Shown here: in pieces, positions 12,814-25,233 of the stretch | How positions within the stretch are numbered: position 1 is the first letter of the stretch | Layout: every line of letters begins with the position of its first letter | Origin: Macrostomum lignano | Lineage: Eukaryota | Assembly: GCA_002269645.1 (NCBI GenBank) | Contig: NIVC01000517.1 | Span: 337,043-401,042 of the forward strand | Length of the DNA: 64,000 nucleotides | Direction of reading: 5' to 3' | The notes under the pieces: generated by a model | Told to the model about the DNA's origin: nothing | Seen by the model: the letters and a program-made list of their open reading frames with translations, nothing else | The model's database searches: none | Program-made: the position numbers and the translations under genes

Positions 12814-14419
12814 TGTCAGACAGCAGACAGACAGACAGACGCGCAGACTCCATATCGAATCCATTATCACTCTCGAATCCCACAGCCAACTGGAGTGTCC
12901 CATTCGACCCCCGCTCGACATTCGACGAACCGTTTGAATTGAACGCCTCGACCGCCCCAGTCTCCGTGCCGATGATGCACCGCACTGCCAACTGGCCAAT
13001 CGTGTTCGTGGCTGATGTGCTCACAGGTGTTCGATTTGATTTCGAAGACGACAACTCTGGCCAGCGAATGTCGCTGCTGGCTGTGCTGCCCGCTGAGCAG
13101 CACGGTCTCGATGGCCTGCTGGCGAAGATGTCTCAGGAGGACTGGCTTAGGCTGGTTAACGATGCCGGAGAGTCTGGCAAAGCAGCTGTTTCACTGCCTA
13201 AGGTTGGTTGCTATGCGTTTTTGTTTCCTAATGATGCTATCATCAGTAGTAGTGTCATTTGCAAGCCCATTATCGTTTTTTCGGTACATATTTAGTTTAT
13301 GCATTGCATACTACTTGCTGCAAAATTTTTAGTAGTTGAAAAAATGCGTTCATGTGATTTTTCTATCGTACGCGATATATGCTACTCATAGCGTCTTCTG
13401 TTAGTAGCACAGATGCTAAACTATCTAGATGGGCCACTCAGGCTTATAAACTTTGTAAACCAGCTTTCTACTTTCAGTTCAGTAGCAAAGAAGAATACAT
13501 AAGCTATTTTATAAAAATAAAAGCAGCTGAAATGACTTTGATAAGTTTAGAAGCCTAAAGCTTGCAGGCGTAAACAACTTGCTAATTGGTTCAGCCATAA
13601 TGTACATTAGCCAGTCCACTGGAATGTACATGGCAGCTCTAGGCTGGAATTCCGAGAAAGGCAATAAAAATTGGTCGGGGGTCGGGGGGTAGTGTGGAAA
13701 AGCGCGCGGTTGGAAGGTTTGAACTGCGGGGGTAAGAGCCAATAAATTGAGCCTGACTTAAAACACATTAAAATGCTTCTGTTTAACTTACTACTGAACT
13801 GAAAGTAGCTTGCACGCAAATGTGCTGAGTCGCCCCCATCTAGTTATTCCAGTATATGTGGTTAGTAAGGCGCACGCATGCACAATTACTGAGTATAAGC
13901 TTCTTCATACTACTTATTTTTGCATTCATAAGTAGTATGACCATTTCAAACCAAGCATTGAAAAGGTGCTCAAAAATATTTCCTAAAATTTTGTCTGTAC
14001 CCAAAATTATGCTACTTAATTCATGAGAGACAGTAGTAATATGCGCACCTAAATCTTTTTGTCTGCAGATCAAGCTGAACAGTTTCACTGAACTGTCCGA
14101 GGCCGCCTACCTGCCTCACCTGGGCTTTGGCAAACTGTTCTCTAATGACGCCGATCTCAGCGGCATCGCCTCGACTCCTGGCGACCTTTACGTCAGCAGT
14201 TTCGCCCACCAGGCCGCCCTAGAATGGGACGAGTTTGGCGCCGAAGGCGCCGCCGCGTCGGCCGCCGCTATCAATACACGAATGGCGCCGCCTAGGATTG
14301 CATTCGACCAGCCGTTTGCTGTGATCGTTTCGCGCGAGGTTGCTACATCCGGTGATGGCGCTGGCGACAAGCGGCAGGTGCCGATCTTTATCGGCCGCGT
14401 GTCCGATCCCAGGGGCTAG
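10624..14419 (+). CDS. Serpin B (5 exons, ~406 aa, predicted P1 Arg)
   Basis: Exons 10624-10693, 11144-11475, 11929-12079, 12886-13202 and 14069-14419; total 1221 nt; same intron positions as serpin A. Motifs [37 protein letters not shown] and FIGRVSDP. Confidence 0.93.
10729..11140. repeat. ~21-bp C/A-rich minisatellite, serpin B intron 1
   Basis: Same family and same terminal units as serpin A intron 1. Confidence 0.95.
11523..11827. repeat. ~24-25-bp repeat (CAGACAGGGGTGTACAGCAAGGGTT), serpin B intron 2
   Basis: About 12 variant copies. Confidence 0.9.
12085..12846. repeat. Compound (CAGA)n/(CTGA)n/(CA) microsatellite, serpin B intron 3
   Basis: Direct inspection. Confidence 0.96.
13468..13808. 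mobile_element. MITE-like segment in serpin B intron 4
   Basis: 18-bp inverted repeat CTACTTTCAGTTCAGTAG (13468-13485) / CTACTGAACTGAAAGTAG (13791-13808); no clean TSD found. Confidence 0.45.
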
Positions 14420-14760
14420 GCTGGTTGCTAGGGTGGTTACTAGTGCCGCGAGGCTGGTTGCTAGGGCCTAGAATGGTTGCTAGGGTCGCTAGACTGATTG
14501 CTAGGGACGCTAGGCTGGTTGCTTAGGTCGCTAGGCTGGTTGCTAGGGACGCAAGACTATTTGCTATGGTTTTTACTTTGTCTGCTACGACGCTACGACG
14601 GTTGCTAGGGGCGGAAAGCTGGTTCGAGGAAGCTAGGCTAATTGCTTTGGTGCTACGCCGGTTGCTATGGTCTTATATTGGTTTTTTGGGGGTGCGAAGC
14701 AGGTTTCTAGGGGGTCACTACCTGCTAGTCGCTTGCCTGCTTTGGGGACTTTAGGTTGGT
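14417..14760. repeat. Degenerate GGTTGCTAGG repeats after the serpin B stop
   Basis: Many variant copies; the core overlaps the TAG stop codon. Confidence 0.8.
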
Positions 14761-15548
14761 TACTTGGGGTCAGATTTAGATTAAAAATAATAAACAATAG
14801 CATCTGTTTTACCAAGTCGTGTAGCTGTTTTGCCCCAAACATTCGTGTACTCGTAGTTCGTTTTCGGTATTCGACACTGGCCGTGGACAAAATGATTATT
14901 AAATAATGACTTAATTAATAGTTACGAAATGATTTCAGTTTTTGATCAAGTTTCTTTGATTCGCATGTGTAACTCATTCGCCCTTCAAATATTTAATTTA
15001 ACTGATTCTAGAATGACACTTGATTTGGTAAATCATATAATCCTGTATTATCACTTTGCTTTGTACTTTTTATTTAGTCAGTTCGTTTATAGGCAATCAA
15101 GCATGACCCAGTTGTACTGCGCTTAGTTCTGTGTTTTATTGATTTGCACTAATCCGGTCATTGGCTAATGATTACTAGTTGATTACTAGTCGTCTAATCA
15201 TGCTACATCAATTCTTTAAAAAGATCCCGTTGAAAACGATACCGTGACAGCAATCGCTGAAGAGCCATCGCAAACTGCTCACTAGTGACTCTTAGCGACT
15301 CTTTTTACGGCTCAAACTACTCTGTGCGCTTTTTGGTCTGGGTACCGTTTTCATCCAGGATTTACTGTCCTAATTTTTATAGTCTTCGCTTTCACAAAAA
15401 TGAAAAATTAATTATTTAAATAAAATTTTAAGCGGCATATTTCAATATTTTGATGAAGCTGATTTTTCAAACAAACAGGTATTGGTGGACTTCTTTACTC
15501 AAAACTGAATTAGCTTCAGATTAGATTGAATAGTATCTGAAGTTCTGA

Positions 15549-15822
15549 ATTAGACAGGGCCTACAGCATTGCATTCGACAGGGCCTACAGCTTTGCATTC
15601 GACAGGGTCTACAGCACTGTAGTAGACAGGGTCTACAGCACTGTAGTAGACAGGGTCTACAGCACTGTAGTAGACAGGGTCTACAGCACTGCATTAGACA
15701 GGGTGTACAGCACTGCATTAGACAGGGTCTACAGCACTGCATTAGACAGGGTCTACAGCACTGCATTAGACAGGGTGTACAGCACTGCATTAGACAGGGT
15801 CTACAGCACTGCATTATAGATA
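15549..15822. repeat. 24-bp repeat (AGACAGGGTCTACAGCACTGCATT) x~11
   Basis: Direct inspection. Confidence 0.93.
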
Positions 15823-16537
15823 GCTCCTGATAGACAGTATTCCCTTAAAACCATGGTTTTAATCTTTTCGCTGTCTGAGCTGTCTTAAAAAGTGACCGTC
15901 AGAAATGTTTTGTTTGCCCTAACTCAGTGCTTTGCTGGGCTGTCTGTCAGAAAGCTGCCTCGCCGTTCAGCCCTTCCTGTCTGTCATTTTTGTTATCGCC
16001 AACCGCACGCCATCGTTTGGTGGACGTCATTTGCATTCGCTAAACGATCGACCAAGATGGATTAAGGAAAGTGCAAACGGATTTTGCATAGCCTCGCTCT
16101 GAGGTTGCAGCAGCAGCTGTCATAGATACAGTATATATAACCATCTTGGCAGATCGATAATAAGATACAGAATTATGCGCGCTGGGAATACAGTTGGAAA
16201 TTGACTTTTAGAAGACAAACACAATTGAGCTGACTTTATGTCTAATTACAAACTATAAGTACAAGTCATAGTCCGCGATAAATAGCTGCACCGGCTATTG
16301 AATATTCATTTTCTGAACTGCAGTCTCTGTGGAGGAATTCGAAGCTCTGCATGGCTTCCTTTGCTTTGCACTTATTATAGAATATTTAAAGCGGGGAGTT
16401 CCTTTGATCTTTCTGATTGTAGAATTAGAAAGAAGAGAAGATAATAGAAGATTGCTATGGCTATGCATGGCGATTATTTGAACGATTCTTCCTGACTCAG
16501 GGGGAGCTGTATGAGAAAATGACAGGCCGATAGCTAT

Positions 16538-19009
16538 AGAGAGGTGAGAGACAGGGAGGGATAGATAACAGAGGTGAGAGACAGGGAGGGATAGATAACA
16601 GAGGTGAGAGACAGGGAGGGATAGATAACAGAGGTGAGAGACAGGGAGGGATAGATAACAGAGGTGAGAGACAGGGAGGGATAGATAACAGAGGTGAGAG
16701 ACAGGGAGGGATAGATAACAGAGGTGAGAGACAGGGAGGGATAGATAACAGAGGTGAGAGACAGGGAGGGATAGATAACAGAGGTGAGAGACAGGGAGGG
16801 ATAGATAACAGAGGTGAGAGACAGGGAGGGATAGATAACAGAGGTGAGAGACAGGGAGGGATAGATAACAGAGGTGAGAGACAGGGAGGGATAGATAACA
16901 GAGGTGAGAGACAGGGAGGGATAGATAACAGAGGTGAGAGACAGGGAGGGATAGATAACAGAGGTGAGAGACAGGGAGGGATAGATAACAGAGGTGAGAG
17001 ACAGGGAGGGATAGATAACAGAGGTGAGAGACAGGGAGGGATAGATAACAGAGGTGAGAGACAGGGAGGGATAGATAACAGAGGTGAGAGACAGGGAGGG
17101 ATAGATAACAGAGGTGAGAGACAGGGAGGGATAGATAACAGAGGTGAGAGACAGGGAGGGATAGATAACAGAGGTGAGAGACAGGGAGGGATAGATAACA
17201 GAGGTGAGAGACAGGGAGGGATAGATAACAGAGGTGAGAGACAGGGAGGGATAGATAACAGAGGTGAGAGACAGGGAGGGATAGATAACAGAGGTGAGAG
17301 ACAGGGAGGGATAGATAACAGAGGTGAGAGACAGGGAGGGATAGATAACAGAGGTGAGAGACAGGGAGGGAGGATAGATAACAGAGGTGAGAGACAGGGA
17401 GGGATAGATAACAGAGGTGAGAGACAGGGAGGGATAGATAACAGAGGTGAGAGACAGGGAGGGATAGATAACAGAGGTGAGAGACAGGGAGGGATAGATA
17501 ACAGAGGTGACAGACAGGGAGGGATAGATAACAGAGGTGAGAGACAGGGAGGGATAGATAACAGAGGTGAGAGACAGGGAGGGATAGATAACAGAGGTGA
17601 GAGACAGGGAGGGATAGATAACAGAGGTGAGAGACAGGGAGGGAGGATAGATAACAGAGGTGAGAGACAGGGAGGGATAGATAACAGAGGTGAGAGACAG
17701 GGAGGGATAGATAACAGAGGTGAGAGACAGGGAGGGATAGATAACAGAGGTGAGAGACAGGGAGGGAGGATAGATAACAGAGGTGAGAGACAGGGAGGGA
17801 TAGATAACAGAGGTGAGAGACAGGGAGGGATAGATAACAGAGGTGAGAGACAGGGAGGGATAGATAACAGAGGTGAGAGACAGGGAGGGATAGATAACAG
17901 AGGTGAGAGACAGGGAGGGATAGATAACAGAGGTGAGAGACAGGGAGGTATAGATAACAGAGGTGAGAGACAGGGAGGGAGGATAGATAACAGAGGTGAG
18001 AGACAGGGAGGGATAGATAACAGAGGTGAGAGACAGGGAGGGATAGATAACAGAGGTGAGAGACAGGGAGGGATAGATAACAGAGGTGAGAGACAGGGAG
18101 GGATAGATAACAGAGGTGAGAGACAGGGAGGGATAGATAACAGAGGTGAGAGACAGGGAGGGATAGATAACAGAGGTGAGAGACAGGGAGGGATAGATAA
18201 CAGAGGTGAGAGACAGGGAGGGAGGATAGATAACAGAGGTGAGAGACAGGGAGGGATAGATAACAGAGGTGAGAGACAGGGAGGGATAGATAACAGAGGT
18301 GAGAGACAGGGAGGGATAGATAACAGAGGTGAGAGACAGGGAGGGAGGATAGATAACAGAGGTGAGAGACAGGGAGGGATAGATAACAGAGGTGAGAGAC
18401 AGGGAGGGATAGATAACAGAGGTGAGAGACAGGGAGGGATAGATAACAGAGGTGAGAGACAGGGAGGGATAGATAACAGAGGTGAGAGACAGGGAGGGAT
18501 AGATAACAGAGGTGAGAGACAGGGAGGGATAGATAACAGAGGTGAGAGACAGGGAGGGAGGATAGATAACAGAGGTGAGAGACAGGGAGGGATAGATAAC
18601 AGAGGTGAGAGACAGGGAGGGATAGATAACAGAGGTGAGAGACAGGGAGGGATAGATAACAGAGGTGAGAGACAGGGAGGGATAGATAACAGAGGTGAGA
18701 GACAGGGAGGGATAGATAACAGAGGTGAGAGACAGGGAGGGATAGATAACAGAGGTGAGAGACAGGGAGGGATAGATAACAGAGGTGAGAGACAGGGAGG
18801 GATAGATAACAGAGGTGAGAGACAGGGAGGGATAGATAACAGAGGTGAGAGACAGGGAGGGATAGATAACAGAGGTGAGAGACAGGGAGGGATAGATAAC
18901 AGAGGTGAGAGACAGGGAGGGATAGATAACAGAGGTGAGAGACAGGGAGGGATAGATAACAGAGGTGAGAGACAGGGAGGGATAGATAACAGAGGTGAGA
19001 GACAGGAAG
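16538..19009. repeat. 30-bp tandem array (AGAGGTGAGAGACAGGGAGGGATAGATAAC), ~82 copies, seven 33-bp variants
   Basis: Direct inspection; the variants cluster between 17370 and 18565. Confidence 0.98.
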
Positions 19010-19519
19010 GAATGATAGATACCAGTTTCTGACAATGCTGATATCAGTTCAATGGGCCCATTCGCCCCCAAGTTAGAAAACTCTTGTATCCACTCAAGTC
19101 ACGTGGTCCATTAGACGATCAATAGGTGATATGCATACGCTGGGCAATGAAAGTAAAGGGAATTATAAACCTTATTTTGAGTTGCTAATTGATGTGGCAT
19201 TGGCTGCTGCAACTCAGCTGCTGAGAGAAAATGAACAGACCACTCTATATAAATTAAAGCTTCGATGCCTAATTAAGATCAAGATTTTCTGTCAGTCGTT
19301 ACGACGTACTGCTGTTCTTGAAAGTAAATTTGATCCGGAAACTTGAGAATGCTAAAATGGAATTAGAAACAAAATCAGACTTGACTGGAGACACTTCCCT
19401 CGAATTCCCTCGATAATTTGAGGTAGCAAGCTTTGGGGTGTGGGGATTTTTAAGCTACAAACTAAAGCTGAGTTGTGACACCGAGTGTTCAACCTGAGCC
19501 ATTGGAAATCCGGCAGTTC

Positions 19520-21483
19520 TTCTCAGCACTCCCTTATTGCGTCTCAGCACTCCCTTATTGCGTCTCAGCACTCCCTTATTGCGTCTCAGCACTCCACTTC
19601 AACCATTGGCATCTCAGCACTCCACTTCACATTGGCATCTCAGTACTCCACTTCAATCATTGGCATCTCAGCACTCCAATTCAACCATTGGAATCTCAGC
19701 ACTCCACTTCAACCATTGGCATCTCAGCACTCCCTTATTGCGTCTCAGCACTCCCTTATTGCGTCTCAGCACTCCACTTCAACCATTGGCATCTCAGCAC
19801 TCCTTATTGCGTCTCAGCACTCCCTTATTGCGTCTCAGCACTTCCTTTATTGCGTCTCAGCACTCCCTTATTGCGTCTCAGCACTCCCTTATTGCGTCTC
19901 AGCACTCCCTTTTTGCGTCTCAGCACTCCCTTATTGCGTCTCAGCACTCCCTTATTGCGTCTCAGCACTCCCTTATTGCGTCTCAGCACTCCCTTATTGC
20001 GTCTCAGCACTCCCTTTTTGCGTCTCAGCACTCTCTTATTGCGTCTCAGCACTCCCTTATTGCGTCTCAGCACTCCACTTCAACCATTGGCATCTCAGCA
20101 CTCCACTTCAACCATTGGCATCTCAGCACTCCACTTCAATCATTGGCATCTCAGCACTCCACTTCAATCATTGGAATCTCAGCACTCCACTTCAATCATT
20201 GGCATCTCAGCACTCCACTTCAATCATTGGAATCTCAGCACTCCACTTCACATTGGCATCTCAGCACTCCACTTCACATTGGCATCTCAGCACTCCACTT
20301 CACATTGGAATCTCAGCACTCCACTTCAACCATTGGAATCTCAGCACTCCACTTCACATTGGAATCTCAGCACTGCACTTCACATTGGCATCTCAGCACT
20401 GCACTTCACATTGGCATCTCAGCACTGCACTTCAACCATTGGAATCTCAGCACTCCACTTCACATTGGAATCTCAGCACTCCACTTCACATTGGCATCTC
20501 AGCACTGCACTTCACATTGGCATCTCAGCACTCCACTTCAACCATTGGAATCTCAGCACTCCACTTCAACCATTGGCATCTCAGCACTCCACTTCACATT
20601 GGAATCTCAGCACTCCACTTCACATTGGCATCTCAGCACTCCACTTCAATCATTGGCATCTCAGCACTCCACTTCAATCATTGGCATCTCAGCACTCCAC
20701 TTCACATTGGCATCTCAGCACTCCACTTCAACCATTGGCATCTCAGCACTCCACTTCAATCATTGGCATCTCAGCACTCCACTTCAATCATTGGCATCTC
20801 AGCACTCCACTTCACATTGGCATCTCAGCACTCCACTTCACATTGGCATCTCAGCACTCCACTTCACATTGGCATCTCAGCACTCCACTTCAACCATTGG
20901 AATCTCAGCACTCCACTTCAACCATTGGCATCTCAGCACTCCACTTCACATTGGAATCTCAGCACTCCACTTCACATTGGCATCTCAGCACTCCACTTCA
21001 ATCATTGGCATCTCAGCACTCCACTTCAATCATTGGCATCTCAGCACTCCACTTCACATTGGCATCTCAGCACTCCACTTCAACCATTGGCATCTCAGCA
21101 CTCCACTTCAATCATTGGCATCTCAGCACTCCACTTCAATCATTGGCATCTCAGCACTCCACTTCACATTGGCATCTCAGCACTCCACTTCACATTGGCA
21201 TCTCAGCACTCCACTTCACATTGGCATCTCAGCACTCCACTTCAACCATTGGCATCTCAGCACTCCACTTCAATCATTGGCATCTCAGCACTCCACTTCA
21301 ATCATTGGCATCTCAGCACTCCACTTCACATTGGCATCTCAGCACTCCACTTCACATTGGCATCTCAGCACTCCACTTCAACCATTGGCATCTCAGCCAT
21401 CCACTTCACATTGGCATCTCAGCACTCCACTTCACATTGGCATCTCAGCACTCCACTTCAATCATTGGCATCTCAGCACTCCC
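19520..21483. repeat. Compound minisatellite with constant core CTCAGCACTCC and 21/26/28-bp unit types
   Basis: Core followed by CTTATTGCGT, ACTTCACATTGGCAT, ACTTCAACCATTGGCAT or ACTTCAATCATTGGCAT. Confidence 0.96.
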
Positions 21484-21935
21484 TACCACAGAAATCTCTG
21501 TTCTCCCTTCTCCCTGAGATATTATTTAGCTACAAGCAACAGTGCACGCGGATTTCACTTTCTAAACGAATCAATAAAATAATGAATCAATCCTGGTTGT
21601 CATCTGTACACTCATACGTTTCATATCTGCGCCTATACCTATATCATAATTAAATCAATAAATGTTATTTAGCCTGCTGGACGTGCAAGCTTGCATGCAT
21701 ATTGATGCGTTTTGGCAGATGAAATTGCTACAGTATAGTTTTGCTCGCAATTCTCGTCATAAATGCAGGCAGAGGAAGCGACGGATTCACAGCAGTGCCA
21801 AATGCTAATTGCTGGCGTAGCTATGATGATGGGGCTGTGAGCTAAAAGCATTCCCTACTGTATACTCCAGGGGTGTTTCTGTTCCGCTTCTCTTTCCTGT
21901 CTTCATTCTTTCTCTCTGTCTCTGAGTCATGCAGA

Positions 21936-22741
21936 TAGACACTGAGTCGGGTAGATACTGAGTCGGGTAGATACTGAGTCGGGTAGATACTGAGTCGGGT
22001 AGATACTGAGTCGGGTAGATAGACACTGAGTCGGGTAGATAGACACTGAGTCGGGTAGATACTGAGTCGGGTAGATAGACACTGAGTCGGGTAGATAGAC
22101 ACTGAGTCAGGTAGATAGACACTGAGTTGGGTAGGCAGACACTGAGTCTGGTAGATAGACACTGAGTTGGGTAGGTACATGTAGACACTGAGTCGGGTAG
22201 ATAGACACTGAGTCATGTAGATAGACACTGAGTCATGTAGAAAGACACTGAGTCGGGTAGATAGACACTGAGTCATGTAGATAGACACTGAGTCATGTAG
22301 ATAGACACTGAGTAATGTAGATAGACACTGAGTCATGTAGATAGACACTGAGTAATGTAGATAGACACTGAGTCATGTAGATAGACACTGATTCGGGCAG
22401 ATAGACACTGAGTTGGGTAGGTAGACACTGCTGAGTCGGGTAGATAGACACTGAGTCATGTAGATGGACACTGAGTTGGGTAGATAGACACTGAGTCGGG
22501 TAGATAGACACTGAGTCATGTAGATGGACACTGAGTTGGGTAGATAGACACTGAGTCGGGTAGATAGACACTGAGTCATGTAGATAGACACTGAGTCGGG
22601 TTGATAGACACTGAGTTGGGTAGGTAGACACTGAGACGGTTGATAGACACTGAGACGGGTAGATCGACACTGAGTCATGTAGATAGACACTGAGTCGGGT
22701 AGATGGACACTGAGTCGGATAGATCGACACTGAGTCGGGTA
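21936..22741. repeat. 20-bp minisatellite (AGATAGACACTGAGTCGGGT), with 16-bp and TCAT variants
   Basis: Direct inspection. Confidence 0.95.
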
Positions 22742-23581
22742 ATAGGCGCGGCGCGGACAGTCTTCCATTCTAGACGGAAGAGAATAGCGCTGAAAAGTGG
22801 TAGTGCTCCAATGGAAACGTTTTCTATTAAATTCTATAGCATAGAAATAATTAATTTTTTATAATATGGACAGGCGTTCAAAACAAAAAAAGAAAAACTT
22901 TTTTGGGTTCCACAAGCGACTGTTGTTCTTAAGCGCAAATGAAAACTTTACAAAGTGAGTTTGCCTTTGGGTGAGATTATATTTTGTAACTCTGCTCTAA
23001 AGTAGCGTTTTTCTGTTCCTTATTTTCTGTTGCTTTTACTTTTGCTTTAACACCGATGTAGGTGTATTCTAGTACAACACCAAGAGGGAAATACAATTTC
23101 TCCCCTGACGGGAAATGTAGATATATGCAGAAAAATATAAATTTATTGTGACGTCAGCAATTCCTTTGTGCGAGAAATCTTTTCTTTTAGCTGCTCCCTC
23201 CAAGCTGCTTCATAATCTACAGTCTAAATACATGTACTTGTAACAACTCTATAATCTACTCTAATAGTCTACCTAATCTACTCTCTAACCTACTCCGTAA
23301 TTTACAACTGCGAGTGCTACCTAATCTACTTTAAAGTCGATCTATCTAATCTAGTTCTTAATCTACCCTATGATTTAATCTTCTTTCTACTTCCCTAATC
23401 TACTCTCTAATCTACTTCCCAATCTACTTCTTAATCTACTAACCAATCTTATTCTAAAATCTACTGCCTAGTCCCTAGTCTTCCCTTTATCACACAACAA
23501 AATATTTAGAAAATTTAAAGCACGTAATGTGTTAGGAGTATAATATATGTTCTTCATCAAACGATTTTGCTCAAGTCGCCC

Positions 23582-23797
23582 TTAAGTTGACTCAAACGCC
23601 AGACAGATGTCCTGGGCCCGTTTCACAATGTCCTTCACAAAATTGTCCACAGCTTGTCGGTCGATTTCATCATCGGTGACCAATTCGGTTTGCTGCGTCA
23701 CTCGAATCTGGGGTAGAGCGTGAGCTTGATCCATTTCCTTTGTTGTCTGTTGCTGTTGCTGCTGCTGCTGATGTATATTCTCGCTTCGATCCATTCT
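23582..23797 (-). CDS. Small or terminal exon, ~70 aa, with poly-Q and an AKAP-like amphipathic helix
   Basis: Acceptor TTTAATTGTCAG, then (R)MDRSENIHQQQQQQQQ..IDRQAVDNFVKDIVKRAQ..EST*; non-repetitive, protein-like composition. Confidence 0.55.
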   Translation of the reverse strand, partial: RMDRSENIHQQQQQQQQTTKEMDQAHALPQIRVTQQTELVTDDEIDRQAVDNFVKDIVKRAQDICLAFEST

Positions 23798-24972
23798 CTG
23801 ACAATTAAATGTACGCATGCATGAGATGTGTAGTGTTGGCTAGAAAATCATTATATTCAATAGAATTGCAGCTTGTTTTATGTAGATTGACAACCAATAG
23901 AAACCAACAGCCAATAGAAATGTTTCAGCTAATTATTACGAGGGGTGTTCCATAATTCCTTTCCCTTTGAGTATAGCTCAGGCTGTAGAGGTCTGATTGC
24001 AGATGCTGTAGCGGTTTTCGAGCCTTCTTGACGCTGGAACTTTTATCAATGCTTCTTTTGGCACCAAAGTTATATACAAGCTCGTAAATTGTGAGCAGAC
24101 TGATAGTGAATCAAATCGCATACTTGTACCGCTCAACTAAGTACAAGTCGAGGCGCTGGCATGTGGCAATGATCTAGCTGCAACCTTCTGAACATCGCCA
24201 GTCGCCAGAACTTTGCTGCTCCCACTGCACGAGGCTGACTTTCCAAACAGCTTCGCGAAGTATCTAATCTATAGTAGTTTATTAGTATATTTAGATATTA
24301 CCTGGTTGCATTGGCCAAAACTTTGACGCAGCCACTGAGGCGCCATAGGTATAATCTTTCCATGCATGGGACAACGCTACTGAGAGTGACTAATTTTATC
24401 ATGCAGTTTTTTTCTAACTTTTACTGCAGATTCGTGGTGTTTTGCGTGTTGGCCGTTTCCGCCATCAAAGTTTTATCTAGGCAGGTCAGCCACAACGTAC
24501 AGCGACAAAAATCCAAATCGGCTTGAAATGATGCTCCAGTTAATAAAAACTCAATAGTAACTTTGCAATAACTTATTTCTTAATAAGTTTTAAATCTGTG
24601 AACCTAAATAAAAATATATAGTAATTAATTATTTTTAATTTGATATTAAATTAATGAAATCTTCATAAATACCATAACCCACACGGTCATACAAGGCCTG
24701 CACCCAAAATTCAATTGAAACCGACCTTTACATGTACATGTAAGTTAATCTTTTCGATTGTTTGAGGTCTAGTGTAGTTAGGTGAGATATCTAATCTGGC
24801 TTTTACATGGGTATCGCAGGGGTGCTCTAATCGGAGTGGAAGTGTCAGGCGTTATGTCAATATGAGGGTGTCAGTCAGGAATGCGCCGATCTGGTCGATT
24901 TCAGGGCCGTTCAAAGGCACATATGCATCAACTGATTAGTACAGCATTCTTTTTGCACTGTACTAGAAGCTT

Positions 24973-25233
24973 GGGCCTTTTCATATTGCTTGCTCTGGTT
25001 CCAGAACCAGAACCAATTTGTGAAGTATAACTTTTTGTCTCCATAACTAGAGGGAGATACGTGCTATAAAGTTTTTATTATTGAATGACAATCGCCAAGA
25101 AGAAAGTGAAAAAATGGTGCTAAGTTAGGTTGTTAAGGCAGTCAAATATTAACAGAGTTTAATAGTTATACTGCTGTTTTTCTTGGAATTCCGAACCGAT
25201 TCTGGTTCTGGAATTGGTAATATGAAAAGGCCC
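24973..25233. mobile_element. MITE (Harbinger/Tourist-like ends)
   Basis: 15-bp TIR GGGCCTTTTCATATT / AATATGAAAAGGCCC plus an inner CCAGAACCAGAA inverted match. Flanks CTT and ATT are not identical, so the TSD is uncertain. Confidence 0.6.

Noticed and set aside
16534-19071. 845-aa ORF of SLSLTSVIYP repeats
   Set aside because: Starts at TTG, not ATG, and is a pure repeat translation. Only the +3 variants hint at frame keeping, and these are explained by AGG slippage.
19475-21653. CRISPR-like appearance and three ~700-aa ORFs
   Set aside because: Spacers are reused and short, there are no cas genes, and the context is eukaryotic. The ORFs arise because the plus-strand units contain no stop triplet.
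23990-24290. Protein-like stretch, possibly an exon or RT fragment
   Set aside because: No convincing motif, stops in the candidate frames, and no consistent splice sites.
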